From an uncultured Candidatus Saccharibacteria bacterium (GTDB lineage Bacteria; Patescibacteriota; Minisyncoccia; Phycocordibacterales; PALSA-1337), in assembly GCA_964358005.1 (NCBI GenBank), contig CAYHNH010000001.1:11625-75624 (forward strand): DNA of 64,000 bases. Reading direction: 5' to 3'. This document shows positions 1-9,896 of the stretch, in pieces (the first letter of the stretch is position 1; every line of letters begins with the position of its first letter). The notes under the pieces were generated by a model. It was not told where the DNA came from. It searched no databases and was given only the letters and a program-made list of their open reading frames with translations. The position numbers and the translations under genes were made by a program.

Positions 1-1
1 C

Positions 2-1144
2 TTGGGTAAAGACATATCCGGCAGAGCTCATTTCAATAACCTTGGGAAGGCGCCCCACATGCTCATTGCCGGAGCCACTGGATCAGGTAAATCGGTGACG
101 ATACACGCTCTCATTACTTCCCTGCTCTATCGCAACTCGCCCGAAAACCTGAAGTTCATAATGATCGATCCGAAGCGTGTGGAACTAACGCTATACAATA
201 AGATCCCTCACCTTCTCACTCCCGTCATAACCGACCCGAAGAAAGCCATCCTCGCTCTAAAATGGGCAGCCAAGGAGATGAGCCGTCGTTATGATCTCCT
301 AGAGAAGAACGCCGTGCGCGACATAGAGTCATACCACAAGACCATCCTGTCCCCGGAACTTGAACGCATAAAGGAGATGGAGTCCAAGGGCAAGCCCACG
401 GACGAAGAAAAGGCCAAGCTTCCGGAGATAATGCCATATATCGTCATCGTGATAGACGAGCTAGCCGACATAATGCAGACCTATCCGAGAGAGCTGGAGT
501 CGGCCATAGTCAGGCTCGCCCAGATGAGCCGTGCTGTGGGCATCCATTTGGTGATTTCGACGCAGAGGCCTTCCGTCAATGTCATAACCGGCCTCATAAA
601 GGCCAATGTGCCGACGCGCATCGCCCTCCAAGTCGCTTCACAGATCGATTCCAGGACAATCCTCGACCAAGCTGGTGCTGAAAAACTCCTAGGAGCCGGT
701 GACATGCTCTATCTTGGCGGCGAAATGTCCAAGCCCATACGTCTGCAGTCAGCTTTCATATCAGAATCAGAGGTCAAGCGGGTGGTCAAGCACTTGGCTG
801 ACGAATACAAGGATGAGATCATGGGCGAAATCAGCCTGACGACACCGGAAGCAGGTTCGAGCGCAGCTTTTGATGCGATAGTTGGCGGAGATTCATTCGA
901 TGAAGAAGACGAGATGTATGAACCAGCGAGAGAAGCAGTCGTGACGGCCGGCAAAGCCTCTACATCCTACATACAGCGAAAACTCGGCGTAGGCTATTCT
1001 CGCGCCGCCAAGCTCATGGACATGCTCGAGGAGCGCGGCGTCATCGGTCCTGCCAACGGCTCCAAGCCTAGGGAGGTTATGGGCGGAAGCTCCGAGGAAT
1101 CTGGAGCCGGGCTGAACACACCATTGCCGGGAGAGACTATATGA
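2..1144 (+). CDS. ftsK: DNA translocase FtsK/SpoIIIE, C-terminal part (5-prime partial, continues upstream of window)
   Basis: Walker A GATGSGKS; motor-domain motifs; C-terminal gamma winged-helix (YIQRKLGVGYSRAAKLMDMLEERGVIGP). No start codon inside window. Confidence 0.9.
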   Translation: MGKDISGRAHFNNLGKAPHMLIAGATGSGKSVTIHALITSLLYRNSPENLKFIMIDPKRVELTLYNKIPHLLTPVITDPKKAILALKWAAKEMSRRYDLLEKNAVRDIESYHKTILSPELERIKEMESKGKPTDEEKAKLPEIMPYIVIVIDELADIMQTYPRELESAIVRLAQMSRAVGIHLVISTQRPSVNVITGLIKANVPTRIALQVASQIDSRTILDQAGAEKLLGAGDMLYLGGEMSKPIRLQSAFISESEVKRVVKHLADEYKDEIMGEISLTTPEAGSSAAFDAIVGGDSFDEEDEMYEPAREAVVTAGKASTSYIQRKLGVGYSRAAKLMDMLEERGVIGPANGSKPREVMGGSSEESGAGLNTPLPGETI

Positions 1145-1506
1145 CGCTGACGCGCACTAGATTCTCTCAGCTTCTCAGAATGGCCGCCCTCGCAGTCGTT
1201 ATCATAGTGATCATCGGCTACGCCATAACGCGTTCGCTCCCCTATTTCCAGGGTCCTGAGATAGCCGTCTTCCAACCTCTTAACGGCTCGACGATATCCT
1301 CCACAACAATGACCCTCATAGGACGAGCACGACGGATAAACTCCCTAAGCATAAATAATCACCCCATCCAGATAGACGAGCAAGGGAATTTTAGGGAGAC
1401 TCTGATAGTCTTCCCGGGCATCAATGTCATCTCCTTGGATGCGACCGATCAGTTCAAGCGCTCTACTCATTCAGAGCTACGCATCCTCGGAACAGAACCC
1501 ATATAA
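1141..1506 (+). CDS. hypothetical single-pass membrane protein
   Basis: ATGA start/stop overlap with ftsK; N-terminal hydrophobic helix (AALAVVIIVIIGYAI); no recognisable family. Confidence 0.45.
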   Translation: MTLTRTRFSQLLRMAALAVVIIVIIGYAITRSLPYFQGPEIAVFQPLNGSTISSTTMTLIGRARRINSLSINNHPIQIDEQGNFRETLIVFPGINVISLDATDQFKRSTHSELRILGTEPI

Positions 1507-1509
1507 TAT

Positions 1510-2082
1510 CTACTTTCCGACTCGCTCCCGATACTCACCAGTCTCGGTATTTATCCTTATGATGTCGCCCTCATTTACGAACAGGGGTGCGCTTATGGTC
1601 GCGCCAGTCTCTAGAGTGACGACCTTCTGACCTCCAGTAGCCGTATCACCCTTTATGCTGGGAGGAGCATCTGTGACTTTTAGCTCCGCCAAGATCGGGA
1701 ACTTGAATCCCATCGGTTGTTCCTTGAAGATGATTTGGGTAACGATCGTATTTGGCTTGAGAAATCGCCCTTGCTGCCCCACCTGTTCTTCTGTGAATTT
1801 GAAGCGTTTCGACGGGTCGGAAACCTCAGAGAAACACCATTCTCCGCGATTGTTATAGAGATATTTCACTTCACGCTCGTCTATCTCGGCCTGCTCTACC
1901 TTGTCGGAAACATGAAATGAATATTCCGTAACCTTTCCTGTAAGAAGGTTTTTTAGCTTAGTCGCGTTCACCGGCTTACGCTGTTGTTTGCGGAAGACAT
2001 GCGCGGAAAGCACCTCATATGGAGCGCCATCGAGGACGATGAACTTCTTTTCGGTTATCTCGCTGTATTCGAGGAGGGCCAT
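1510..2082 (-). CDS. efp: elongation factor P
   Basis: 190 aa; N-terminal KOW-like region and OB domains typical of EF-P (MALLEYSEI...KLKNLLTGKVTEYSF). Confidence 0.93.
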   Translation of the reverse strand: MALLEYSEITEKKFIVLDGAPYEVLSAHVFRKQQRKPVNATKLKNLLTGKVTEYSFHVSDKVEQAEIDEREVKYLYNNRGEWCFSEVSDPSKRFKFTEEQVGQQGRFLKPNTIVTQIIFKEQPMGFKFPILAELKVTDAPPSIKGDTATGGQKVVTLETGATISAPLFVNEGDIIRINTETGEYRERVGK

Positions 2083-2087
2083 GGCGT

Positions 2088-3125
2088 TTATTCGTTGAGC
2101 TTGGCTCTTATCTTGCCTAATATGTCCTTTCGCACATCCTTATTCTCCTTCAGAAACTGACGAGTGGCATCGTAGCCCCGGCCAATGGATTCGCCATTGT
2201 ACTTATAGGACGCCCCAGAATGCTCGAGGATCCCGTACTTCTCGCCAAGCGCTATCATCTCCCCTTCCTGCGATATGCCCTCGTTATACATGAGATCGAA
2301 TTCGGTCTGCTTGAACGGCGCCGCTACCTTGTTCTTGACGACCTTCACGCGGACGCGGCCGCCCATTATCTCCTCCCCTTTCTTTATCTGCGCGATGCGG
2401 CGTATATCCAGCCTCACTGACGCATAGAATTTGAGAGCCTTGCCCCCCGGCGTCGTCTCTGGATTGCCGAACATGACCCCGATCTGCATGCGTATCTGGT
2501 TGATGAAAATTACGACGGTCTTGGACTTCGCTACTATGCTGGTGAGCTTGCGCAAAGCCTGCGACATGAGACGAGCTTGCGTGCCTACGTGATGGGCACC
2601 CATGTCACCTTCGAGCTCGGCCCGCGGAGTAAGAGCCGCGACGGAATCGATCACGATCACATCCATATTGCCGGTTCTCACAAGACTGTCTACGATCTCC
2701 AGGGCCTGCTCGCCGGTGTCAGGCTGAGAGATGAGCAGGTCTTCGATCTTTACACCCAGCTTCTTCGAATAATCAGGGTCCATGGCATGTTCGGCGTCTA
2801 TGTATGCGCACATGCCGCCCTTTTTCTGAGCTTCTGCTATTACATGGAGAGCCAAGGTCGTCTTTCCGGATGATTCTGGACCGAATATCTCGATGATGCG
2901 GCCGCATGGCAGACCGCCTATTCCGAGAGCAGCATCGAGCCCAAGAGAACCCGTAGGGATGGCCCCGACGTTCACCTTGGTTTTATCGCCAAGCCTCATT
3001 ATGGACTCCTCTCCGAATTTCACTCTGATGGCGTCTATTGCGCTGTTTATATTCGTATCTTTGACATGACCATGAGCTGGCGACGCTTTGACCTCTGCCT
3101 TTTCAACAGTTGATCTTTTCGCCAT
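2088..3125 (-). CDS. recA: recombinase RecA
   Basis: 345 aa; Walker [13 protein letters not shown]; RecA core motifs ([28 protein letters not shown]). Confidence 0.97.
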   Translation of the reverse strand: MAKRSTVEKAEVKASPAHGHVKDTNINSAIDAIRVKFGEESIMRLGDKTKVNVGAIPTGSLGLDAALGIGGLPCGRIIEIFGPESSGKTTLALHVIAEAQKKGGMCAYIDAEHAMDPDYSKKLGVKIEDLLISQPDTGEQALEIVDSLVRTGNMDVIVIDSVAALTPRAELEGDMGAHHVGTQARLMSQALRKLTSIVAKSKTVVIFINQIRMQIGVMFGNPETTPGGKALKFYASVRLDIRRIAQIKKGEEIMGGRVRVKVVKNKVAAPFKQTEFDLMYNEGISQEGEMIALGEKYGILEHSGASYKYNGESIGRGYDATRQFLKENKDVRKDILGKIRAKLNE

Positions 3126-3128
3126 ATC

Positions 3129-3332
3129 TTATCGTGCCACATAAGGCAATAGGCCCATAAAGCGCGCGCGCTTCACTGCGGTAGCAAGCTGTCGCTGGAA
3201 CTTGGCTGAGATCTGAGAACGCTTGCGGCTGATCAAACGTCCGTGCGGATTCAGGAATCTGCGCAGTATCTCGGTATCCTTGTAGTCGATATGCTTGATG
3301 TTGTGCTGGCTAAAATAGCATTGTTTTTTCAT
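3129..3332 (-). CDS. rpsR: 30S ribosomal protein S18
   Basis: 67 aa; characteristic S18 sequence (IDYKDTEILRRFLNPHGRLISRKRS); last gene of rpsF-ssb-rpsR order. Confidence 0.93.
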   Translation of the reverse strand: MKKQCYFSQHNIKHIDYKDTEILRRFLNPHGRLISRKRSQISAKFQRQLATAVKRARFMGLLPYVAR

Positions 3333-3350
3333 AGAATTTGGAATTTAAGA

Positions 3351-3809
3351 TTAGAACGGTATGTCGTCAGGATTGATGTCCTCCTGAGGGTACTCAATAG
3401 CTTCTCCGGGGGCGGCATCCTTGCCATCCTTGGTTCCGCCGTCTGCCTTGCCGGCCGAAGCAGTTCCACCTCCCGTTCCGCCCTTCGAGCCAAACTGAAC
3501 GTTGTCCGCGATAATCTCTGTGCGGTATTTCTTGGTATTAGTCGCGGCATCATCCCATGACCTTGTCTGGATACGTCCCTCGATGAGAGCCTGTGCGCCC
3601 TTCTTCAGGTACTGGGCACAGAGCTCGCCCATTCTGGCGAAGACCACTATGTTGTGGAAGTCAGCCTGCTCTTTCTTGTTACCATCCTTATCCTTGAAAT
3701 AACGATTTGTAGCCAGACTGAAACTCGCGACTTTGGTGCCAGAAGGCAGAGCCTTGAGCTCTGGATCCCGGGTTAGATTGCCTATGATGAATACTTTGTT
3801 TAGATACAT
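3351..3809 (-). CDS. ssb: single-stranded DNA-binding protein
   Basis: OB-fold N-terminus (VFIIGNLTRDPEL...), Gly-rich linker, acidic C-terminal tail ending DDIPF. Confidence 0.93.
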   Translation of the reverse strand: MYLNKVFIIGNLTRDPELKALPSGTKVASFSLATNRYFKDKDGNKKEQADFHNIVVFARMGELCAQYLKKGAQALIEGRIQTRSWDDAATNTKKYRTEIIADNVQFGSKGGTGGGTASAGKADGGTKDGKDAAPGEAIEYPQEDINPDDIPF

Positions 3810-3825
3810 GGTTCTTGCTTATAGA

Positions 3826-4302
3826 TTAAACCTCTTTGACCATTTCGTCTATGCTCTTGTCCATCTCCTCTATGGTGGCTGGCGCAGCAGGCGGCTCCTT
3901 CTTGGCTATAGCCTCCGGCTCGCCCACACCGACAGGCCTTCTCACAAATGAAGCAGCGACCACGGGGGCGCGCTTGCCTAGGTAGGTGTTTTCGCGGCTA
4001 GTGGTGATGACTAGCATCCTCAAGACCGATGGGATGATCTCGATTCCCTTCTTGATTGCTTCGATTTTGGCTGATGCGACCTCAAACTTGACCCAGCCGA
4101 AGTCGGCTTCGTCGTATTTATCATACGAGCCTGACACCATCTTTTTGCGCATGGTGTAAGCAAGCTTCTCATTATGAGGAGCCTCTTCTGCGATAATCAC
4201 GCCTCCATTCTTGGTCACGATCTCCTTCACTGCCGAGACTTCAGCCTCGATGCGCTCTTGCGGCAGGCCAGCGAGCAGGTAACCGATCTCATAGACCGAC
4301 AT
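3826..4302 (-). CDS. rpsF: 30S ribosomal protein S6 with ~60-aa C-terminal extension
   Basis: Start moved to MSVYEIGYLL (S6-like N-terminus) instead of the ORF-track start at 4389; rpsF-ssb-rpsR synteny. Confidence 0.85.
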   Translation of the reverse strand: MSVYEIGYLLAGLPQERIEAEVSAVKEIVTKNGGVIIAEEAPHNEKLAYTMRKKMVSGSYDKYDEADFGWVKFEVASAKIEAIKKGIEIIPSVLRMLVITTSRENTYLGKRAPVVAASFVRRPVGVGEPEAIAKKEPPAAPATIEEMDKSIDEMVKEV

Positions 4303-4647
4303 ACGGTCATCTCGAACTGTTTCGTCCATAGGTTTGCGAGCAAGTGATCCCTTGAATGTTCTCGGGAACCCGTCTGTGCGCCATGGCACACGCGTGGGAC
4401 TTGCTCTAAGTTAAATTATTAATACAGTTCGAGGCTATCACTTTTTACCCCCTTGCGCAAGGGTGTGACCAATCTATCATACCGGTGTTAAAATTTTCTT
4501 CAAAAAAAGTTCAAATTTTAATGAATTAATCTTCAATTTTTAATGAACACGCCACTAGCCCTCATTGACCAGGCCGCCGTAGCATGATATCCATATCACT
4601 TGGAAGATCCCCTTCCAGTTCGTTTCAACCCAACATGGAGAAGAACT

Positions 4648-5130
4648 ATGTGCAAAGGAACAGCATGTTCAGATGCCATTATCGCGGCCGTCAGGTCGCT
4701 GCGCCACACCGACATCACCCTGAAGCCGAATACCGCGAGCGGCAAGCGCCTCCGCTGCATCTTCAAGAAGATGCGGCGCTTCAATGAGAACGACGTTCAC
4801 GCCGCCTTCGAATCTCTCCTGAGGAGCGGCGCCATCGTCATCGTCGCCCACGTCCAGGAAGTCGCCCTGTCAGCCAACGGCGAATCGCGGAGGCAGACGG
4901 GCAAGGCAGCCAGGGCCAACGTCAAGGAGCTCCCCGCCGCACGCCTGTTGGCCAAAAAGAGCTGGTTCCTCGACATCGAGGGGCAGCCGGCCGAGCCAGG
5001 CGAAGTCGAAGGCGTCCGACAATTCTTCGGCATGATGGTGTATGTCACCGCGGACGGACTGCCAGAGAAGATCAAGAAAGTCGTGGCATCTCCGATTACG
5101 CCTGCCCCGAGCCTTCTGGCCGTCGCCTAA
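4648..5130 (+). CDS. hypothetical protein in a GC-rich (~60%) segment
   Basis: Start set at MCKGTACSD, preceded by GGAGAAG RBS; followed by a rho-independent terminator; no recognisable family; GC clearly above flanks. Confidence 0.5.
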   Translation: MCKGTACSDAIIAAVRSLRHTDITLKPNTASGKRLRCIFKKMRRFNENDVHAAFESLLRSGAIVIVAHVQEVALSANGESRRQTGKAARANVKELPAARLLAKKSWFLDIEGQPAEPGEVEGVRQFFGMMVYVTADGLPEKIKKVVASPITPAPSLLAVA

Positions 5131-5156
5131 CGACGCCAATCGCCACGATTCTACCC

Positions 5157-5188
5157 TCGCCCGACTCCCACGTCGGGCGATTTTTATT
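5157..5188 (+). terminator. rho-independent terminator after the 4648-5130 gene
   Basis: TCGCCCGAC-tccca-GTCGGGCGA 9-bp stem followed by TTTTTATT. Confidence 0.6.
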
Positions 5189-5193
5189 CCTAC

Positions 5194-6633
5194 TTATTTC
5201 CTCAAGAAAAGCGGGTTCTTGGGCATCTCGTTAGCCTTGACCAGGTCTTTGATGGCCTTAGAGGTCTCCGGCAGGATCGGATTGAGCATCCACCCGATCG
5301 TATAGAGCCTTACGCACAGATCACGGATAACTTCCTGGGCCGCGGCCTTGTCGGTTTTCACCAATTTAAACGGCTCCTTGGACTGGATAAGCTGATCCGC
5401 CTCAGCCACATGGCGCCAGACCACATTGCAGGCTTTCTGGATATTGAAGCTCTCGATGGCATCTTTAAAGTCTTGAGGGATGGTGTTTTCCGGAATCTTC
5501 ACGGGCCCATCCAGATTATCATGCGCCATCTTCATGATACGGCTGGTCAGATTGCCTATACCATTGGCCAGGCCGGCGTTATAAGCTGCCTTGAAGTATG
5601 GCATCGAGAACGGGCTATCCTCAAAAGAAGACAATTCGCGGGCAACATAATACCTAAGAGCCTCCTTGCCATATTCGCGTATGACTTCGAGGGGATCTAC
5701 TGTGTTGCCAAGCGACTTAGACATCTTCACGCCTCCCTCGCCCGTAATGAAACCGTCTATCACGATCGTGCTAGAACCCGGCAGACCGGCGGCCATGAGC
5801 ATGGCCTGCCACATGGCGGACTGCTGACGTAGGTTATCCTTGCCACAATATTGGACAGTATTCTCGGAAGCGACCCACCATTTTTTGAAGTTATCTTCAT
5901 TGTCTGGCCAACCGGTCGCAGAAATATAGTTAACCAGAGCATCGAACCATACGAACATGACCTGGGATTCATCGCCCGGCACAGGTACACCCCAAGGCAT
6001 CTTCGTGGCCAGACGAGAGATGCTAAAGTCATTTAGGCCTGCCTTGACGAAAGACTTGATCTCATTGAAACGAAAGTCCGGCACAACGAAAGATGGATTC
6101 TTGTCATACATTTCGAGCAGACGGCCCTGAAATGCACTGAACTTAAAGAAATAATTTTCTTCCTTGATGATCTCGATCTCCATGAGCGGATGCGTCGGAC
6201 ATCGGCCATCAACTAATTCCGAATCGGTTTTCTCGAGCTCACAGCCGACACAGTACTTGGCCGAATACTCCTTTTTGTATATGAATCCATTTTTATCGAC
6301 GCGACGCCAAAACTCCTGGGCTGCAGCCACATGATGAGGGTCCGTAGTCCTTACAAAGTTTGATTCCTCCAGAATGCCGACAGCCGAGCCGAGCTCTTTG
6401 AACTTTTTCGAAGCCTGATCGCAGTATTCCTGCACAGGGATGCCGAGATCTTTGGCTTTCCTGAATATCTTGAGACCATGTTCGTCAGTACCAGTGTTAA
6501 AGAAGACCTCGAAACCGGAGAGTTTCTTCCAGCGAGCAACGATGTCCGCGCGTATTAGCTCCATGGCAAAACCGACATGCGGCTCGGCATTGACGTATGG
6601 AAGGGTCGAGGTTATATAAAAAGTCTTGCTCAT
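5194..6633 (-). CDS. metG: methionyl-tRNA synthetase (core only; no C-terminal tRNA-binding domain)
   Basis: 479 aa; class I HIGH region (PYVNAEPHVGF), KMSKS (KMSKSLGN), Zn-knuckle CxxC pairs. Confidence 0.95.
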   Translation of the reverse strand: MSKTFYITSTLPYVNAEPHVGFAMELIRADIVARWKKLSGFEVFFNTGTDEHGLKIFRKAKDLGIPVQEYCDQASKKFKELGSAVGILEESNFVRTTDPHHVAAAQEFWRRVDKNGFIYKKEYSAKYCVGCELEKTDSELVDGRCPTHPLMEIEIIKEENYFFKFSAFQGRLLEMYDKNPSFVVPDFRFNEIKSFVKAGLNDFSISRLATKMPWGVPVPGDESQVMFVWFDALVNYISATGWPDNEDNFKKWWVASENTVQYCGKDNLRQQSAMWQAMLMAAGLPGSSTIVIDGFITGEGGVKMSKSLGNTVDPLEVIREYGKEALRYYVARELSSFEDSPFSMPYFKAAYNAGLANGIGNLTSRIMKMAHDNLDGPVKIPENTIPQDFKDAIESFNIQKACNVVWRHVAEADQLIQSKEPFKLVKTDKAAAQEVIRDLCVRLYTIGWMLNPILPETSKAIKDLVKANEMPKNPLFLRK

Positions 6634-7910
6634 GCGTTGAATCTAAGGATAGGCGCTAATGCCTCAGCTTTACTGCGACCGACGAGCGCGAGGTTCAGGC
6701 CTTCATTCACGAAGATCTGCCGAGCCAATCCGCGGACCTGGTCGGCCGTGACCTTATTTATCCTCTCAATATGCTCCTCTGGGCTCTCTACACCACCTTT
6801 CAATATCTCTTCGAGACCCGCAAATTCAGCGCGGGTTTCCGAAGTCTCGAGCTCGAGCATGCTCGTACCAGCTATGTAGTCCTTGGCCTTCTTGAGCTCC
6901 GCGTCCGGTACAAGCTCATCCTTGAGGCACGCGCACGAGGCGAGGATCTCGCGAATAGCCACATCGACTCGTGAATTATCGACTCCGGCAGATATGGTGA
7001 GGTCGCCATGATCGGTGAAGGGGTCATGCGAAGCTCTGATGTAGTAGCATATGCCGAGCTCATCGCGCATCTTGGAGAAAAGGCGCGAGCTCATACCGCC
7101 GCCCAGTATGGTCGACAGGACCTGCATGACAGGGATACGCGGGTCCGCGATCGGGAAAGTGCGGAAAGCGATCACCATGTGCGTCTGATCGGTCTCCTTT
7201 GATTCGACCCTGAGAGCCGGTTCCTTCTGGTCTTCCGTCACCTTAAGTTTGGGTGACTTCTTCGATGACGAGAGTCCCGAGAAAGCCTTCTCGACTTTGG
7301 TGGCCACACTCTTTTCGTCGAATGAGCCAGCGATCATGACTGCCGTGGCAGAACTAACGTAATGAGCATTCCTGTATGTAACAAAAGAATCCCTGTTGAA
7401 TGACCTAATGGTGTCCTCCGTACCTATGACATCCCATCCTGCCGGCTGGTCGCCATGCATGAGAGCAGACAATATGTCATGGACGTGCCTCTGCGGTAGG
7501 TCGCGGTACATCCGGAGCTCTTCGATGATGACGCCTTTCTCTTTTTCTATCTCCTTGGCGTCGAATAACGGATTCAGGTACATGTCAGAGACGACGTCCA
7601 GGACAGTGTCCAGGTGCCTGGAGTCAGCTTTGACCCAATAGCCGGTGACTTCCTGCCCAGTAAAGGCATTGTAGTGCGCGCCCAAGCCATCCAGCTCGCG
7701 CGAGATCTCGCTGGCTTTCGGACGGCGCGGAGTTCCCTTGAACACCATATGCTCCAGGAAATGGGATATGCCATTGGTCTCCTTGGACTCATACTTCGAC
7801 CCGGCCTCGACCATGACGAGGACGGCGACTGACGGGTTGTCAGGCATCGGTATGGTAACCAGCCGTACGCCGTTTCCGAGTATAGTCTTATTGAACTTCA
7901 TACTGCTCAC
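6630..7910 (-). CDS. M16 family zinc peptidase (pitrilysin-like)
   Basis: Inverted zinc motif HFLEHMVFKGT (HxxEH), 426 aa, two-domain M16 architecture. Confidence 0.85.
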   Translation of the reverse strand: MSSMKFNKTILGNGVRLVTIPMPDNPSVAVLVMVEAGSKYESKETNGISHFLEHMVFKGTPRRPKASEISRELDGLGAHYNAFTGQEVTGYWVKADSRHLDTVLDVVSDMYLNPLFDAKEIEKEKGVIIEELRMYRDLPQRHVHDILSALMHGDQPAGWDVIGTEDTIRSFNRDSFVTYRNAHYVSSATAVMIAGSFDEKSVATKVEKAFSGLSSSKKSPKLKVTEDQKEPALRVESKETDQTHMVIAFRTFPIADPRIPVMQVLSTILGGGMSSRLFSKMRDELGICYYIRASHDPFTDHGDLTISAGVDNSRVDVAIREILASCACLKDELVPDAELKKAKDYIAGTSMLELETSETRAEFAGLEEILKGGVESPEEHIERINKVTADQVRGLARQIFVNEGLNLALVGRSKAEALAPILRFNA

Positions 7911-8542
7911 TATAGCTTAATCTCGCCGCCTTCTTCAAGCTTTATGAATTCTATGCCGCTCTGACCGAGGACTTTCTCGGCTAGGATATGCTGGATGCCG
8001 AACCTTATGGCGTCATGGACCGGGAAAGCTAGGCGGGGCTTTAGTGCCAGGGCGTAGTCTATGGCTTCAGATATCTTGACCCAGGGGCCAGCGACAGGCA
8101 GGGCCAGGATATCGACCGGCCTGTTCGGATCCGTTAGCGCATCGCCTGGGTAAAAGAGCTTGTCGGCGATAAAGAAGCCTACATTCGAGGCCTGTGGAAT
8201 AGTACTGTGCATAAGCGCGTGCTTCTCTCCATATGCCTCTAGGGCCACTCCTTTGAGCTCTATTTTGTCTCCATGCTTCATGACACTGTGCTTCACGCCC
8301 TCCTTGGCCAGCATCTCCCCTACGGCGTCATTGGATATCACTGATATATCCGGAGCGCGCTTTATGAGCGCCTTGAGAGACTCTATGTGGAAATGATCCG
8401 GATGCTCGTGAGTTATGAGAACGATATCGGCATGCTTCACCTTGTCGTGCTCCTCGAGACTGTAGATGCCCGGGTCAGTTATGATCCGAGTCTTCCCGAC
8501 ATCAATGAGCATACAGCAGTGCTTGAGTTTCTTGATGTTCAT
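7910..8542 (-). CDS. metallo-beta-lactamase fold hydrolase
   Basis: HEHPDHF metal-binding motif; start set at MNIKKLKHCCMLIDVG to avoid overlap with glyQS. Confidence 0.8.
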   Translation of the reverse strand: MNIKKLKHCCMLIDVGKTRIITDPGIYSLEEHDKVKHADIVLITHEHPDHFHIESLKALIKRAPDISVISNDAVGEMLAKEGVKHSVMKHGDKIELKGVALEAYGEKHALMHSTIPQASNVGFFIADKLFYPGDALTDPNRPVDILALPVAGPWVKISEAIDYALALKPRLAFPVHDAIRFGIQHILAEKVLGQSGIEFIKLEEGGEIKL

Positions 8543-8555
8543 GTGACTCATACAA

Positions 8556-9878
8556 CTAAAGCTTCTTCGACAAAAATGACACCAGATCAGCTTCCAACAC
8601 CCTCTCCTGCTTCCCTGTATCACGATCACGAACAGTCACCCCTGCTGACTTTTCAATAGTATCGAAATCTACAGTGATACAGAACGGCGTGCCTATCTCA
8701 TCCTGACGGCGGTAGCGCTTGCCGATGTTGCCGTTGTCATCGAACTCGACTGCGCCAAATTGTTTCTTGAGTGCCAAGTAAATCTCGCGAGCTTTTTCGA
8801 TCAGCGCAGGCTTATTTTTTAGCAACGGAAAGACCGCTACCTTAACGGGCGCCACCTGAGGGCTTAATCTCAGATAAGTCCTCGCCTCACCTCCCATTTG
8901 ATCCTCGGTATAAGCATCGCAAAGCACAGCCAGAAGAGTGCGATCCAGCCCGAATGAAGGCTCGATGCAATGGGGGATGAAACGCTGCTTTGATTCCTCA
9001 TCGTAATATGACAAGTCTGTCCTACTAAATTCGGAATGCTGTTTAAGATCGAAATCCGTGCGATAAGCCAGGCCGTAAAGCTCTTTTCGTCCGAACGGAA
9101 AATCGAATTCAAAGTCTATCGTACGCTTCGAATAATGAGCGCGTTCGCCATCTGGAACCTCAAGTTCGTGGACCTTAGATCCGGTCAAGCCGACTTGGGC
9201 TATGAAGGCCTTCATTTCAAGGCGAAAATGCTCGAAGGCAGGCTTCCATTCTTCCGGCTTAACGAAATATTCTATCTCCATCTGCTCGAACTCGCGCGAA
9301 CGGAAAAGGAAATCGCGCGGAGCGATCTCATTCCTGAAAGCTTTGCCTATCTGACCCATACCGAACGGTAGCTTAGGGTGAAAGGTGTCGATGATGTTCT
9401 TGAAGTTTACGAACATCCCTTGCGCTGTCTCTGGTCGCAGATACGACACAGAAGAGGCATCCTCGAGAGCGCCCACATGCGTCTTGAACATCATGTTGAA
9501 CTGCCTTGAAGCGCCCAGCTTGCCGCCGCAGTCCGGGCACAGGCCAGGGTCTTCTACCTGGTCGGCGCGGAAACGATGCTTGCACTTCGCGCATTCCACG
9601 AGAGGATCAGAAAAACCGGACACATGACCGCTCGCCTCCCACGTGCGCGGATTCATGAGGATTGCGGCGTCGATCCCGTATACGTCTTCTCTGTCTGTGA
9701 TGAACCTGTGCCACCACAACTTCTTGATGTTATGCTTCAACGCCTCGCCATAGGGCCCATAGTCCCACGTGCCAGCAAGTCCACCATATATCTCCGATCC
9801 CTGGAAAATAAAACCGCGCCTCTTGCACAGAGACACGAGAGAATCCATCAGATCCTGATTTTCAGGGCTTTTTTGCAT
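8556..9878 (-). CDS. glyQS: glycyl-tRNA synthetase, dimeric alpha2 type
   Basis: 440 aa; N-terminal GFIFQGSEIYGGLAGTWDYGPYG typical of class II alpha2 GlyRS; C-terminal anticodon-binding domain. Confidence 0.93.
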   Translation of the reverse strand: MQKSPENQDLMDSLVSLCKRRGFIFQGSEIYGGLAGTWDYGPYGEALKHNIKKLWWHRFITDREDVYGIDAAILMNPRTWEASGHVSGFSDPLVECAKCKHRFRADQVEDPGLCPDCGGKLGASRQFNMMFKTHVGALEDASSVSYLRPETAQGMFVNFKNIIDTFHPKLPFGMGQIGKAFRNEIAPRDFLFRSREFEQMEIEYFVKPEEWKPAFEHFRLEMKAFIAQVGLTGSKVHELEVPDGERAHYSKRTIDFEFDFPFGRKELYGLAYRTDFDLKQHSEFSRTDLSYYDEESKQRFIPHCIEPSFGLDRTLLAVLCDAYTEDQMGGEARTYLRLSPQVAPVKVAVFPLLKNKPALIEKAREIYLALKKQFGAVEFDDNGNIGKRYRRQDEIGTPFCITVDFDTIEKSAGVTVRDRDTGKQERVLEADLVSFLSKKL

Positions 9879-9896
9879 AGGCGCATTTTACTCCAA

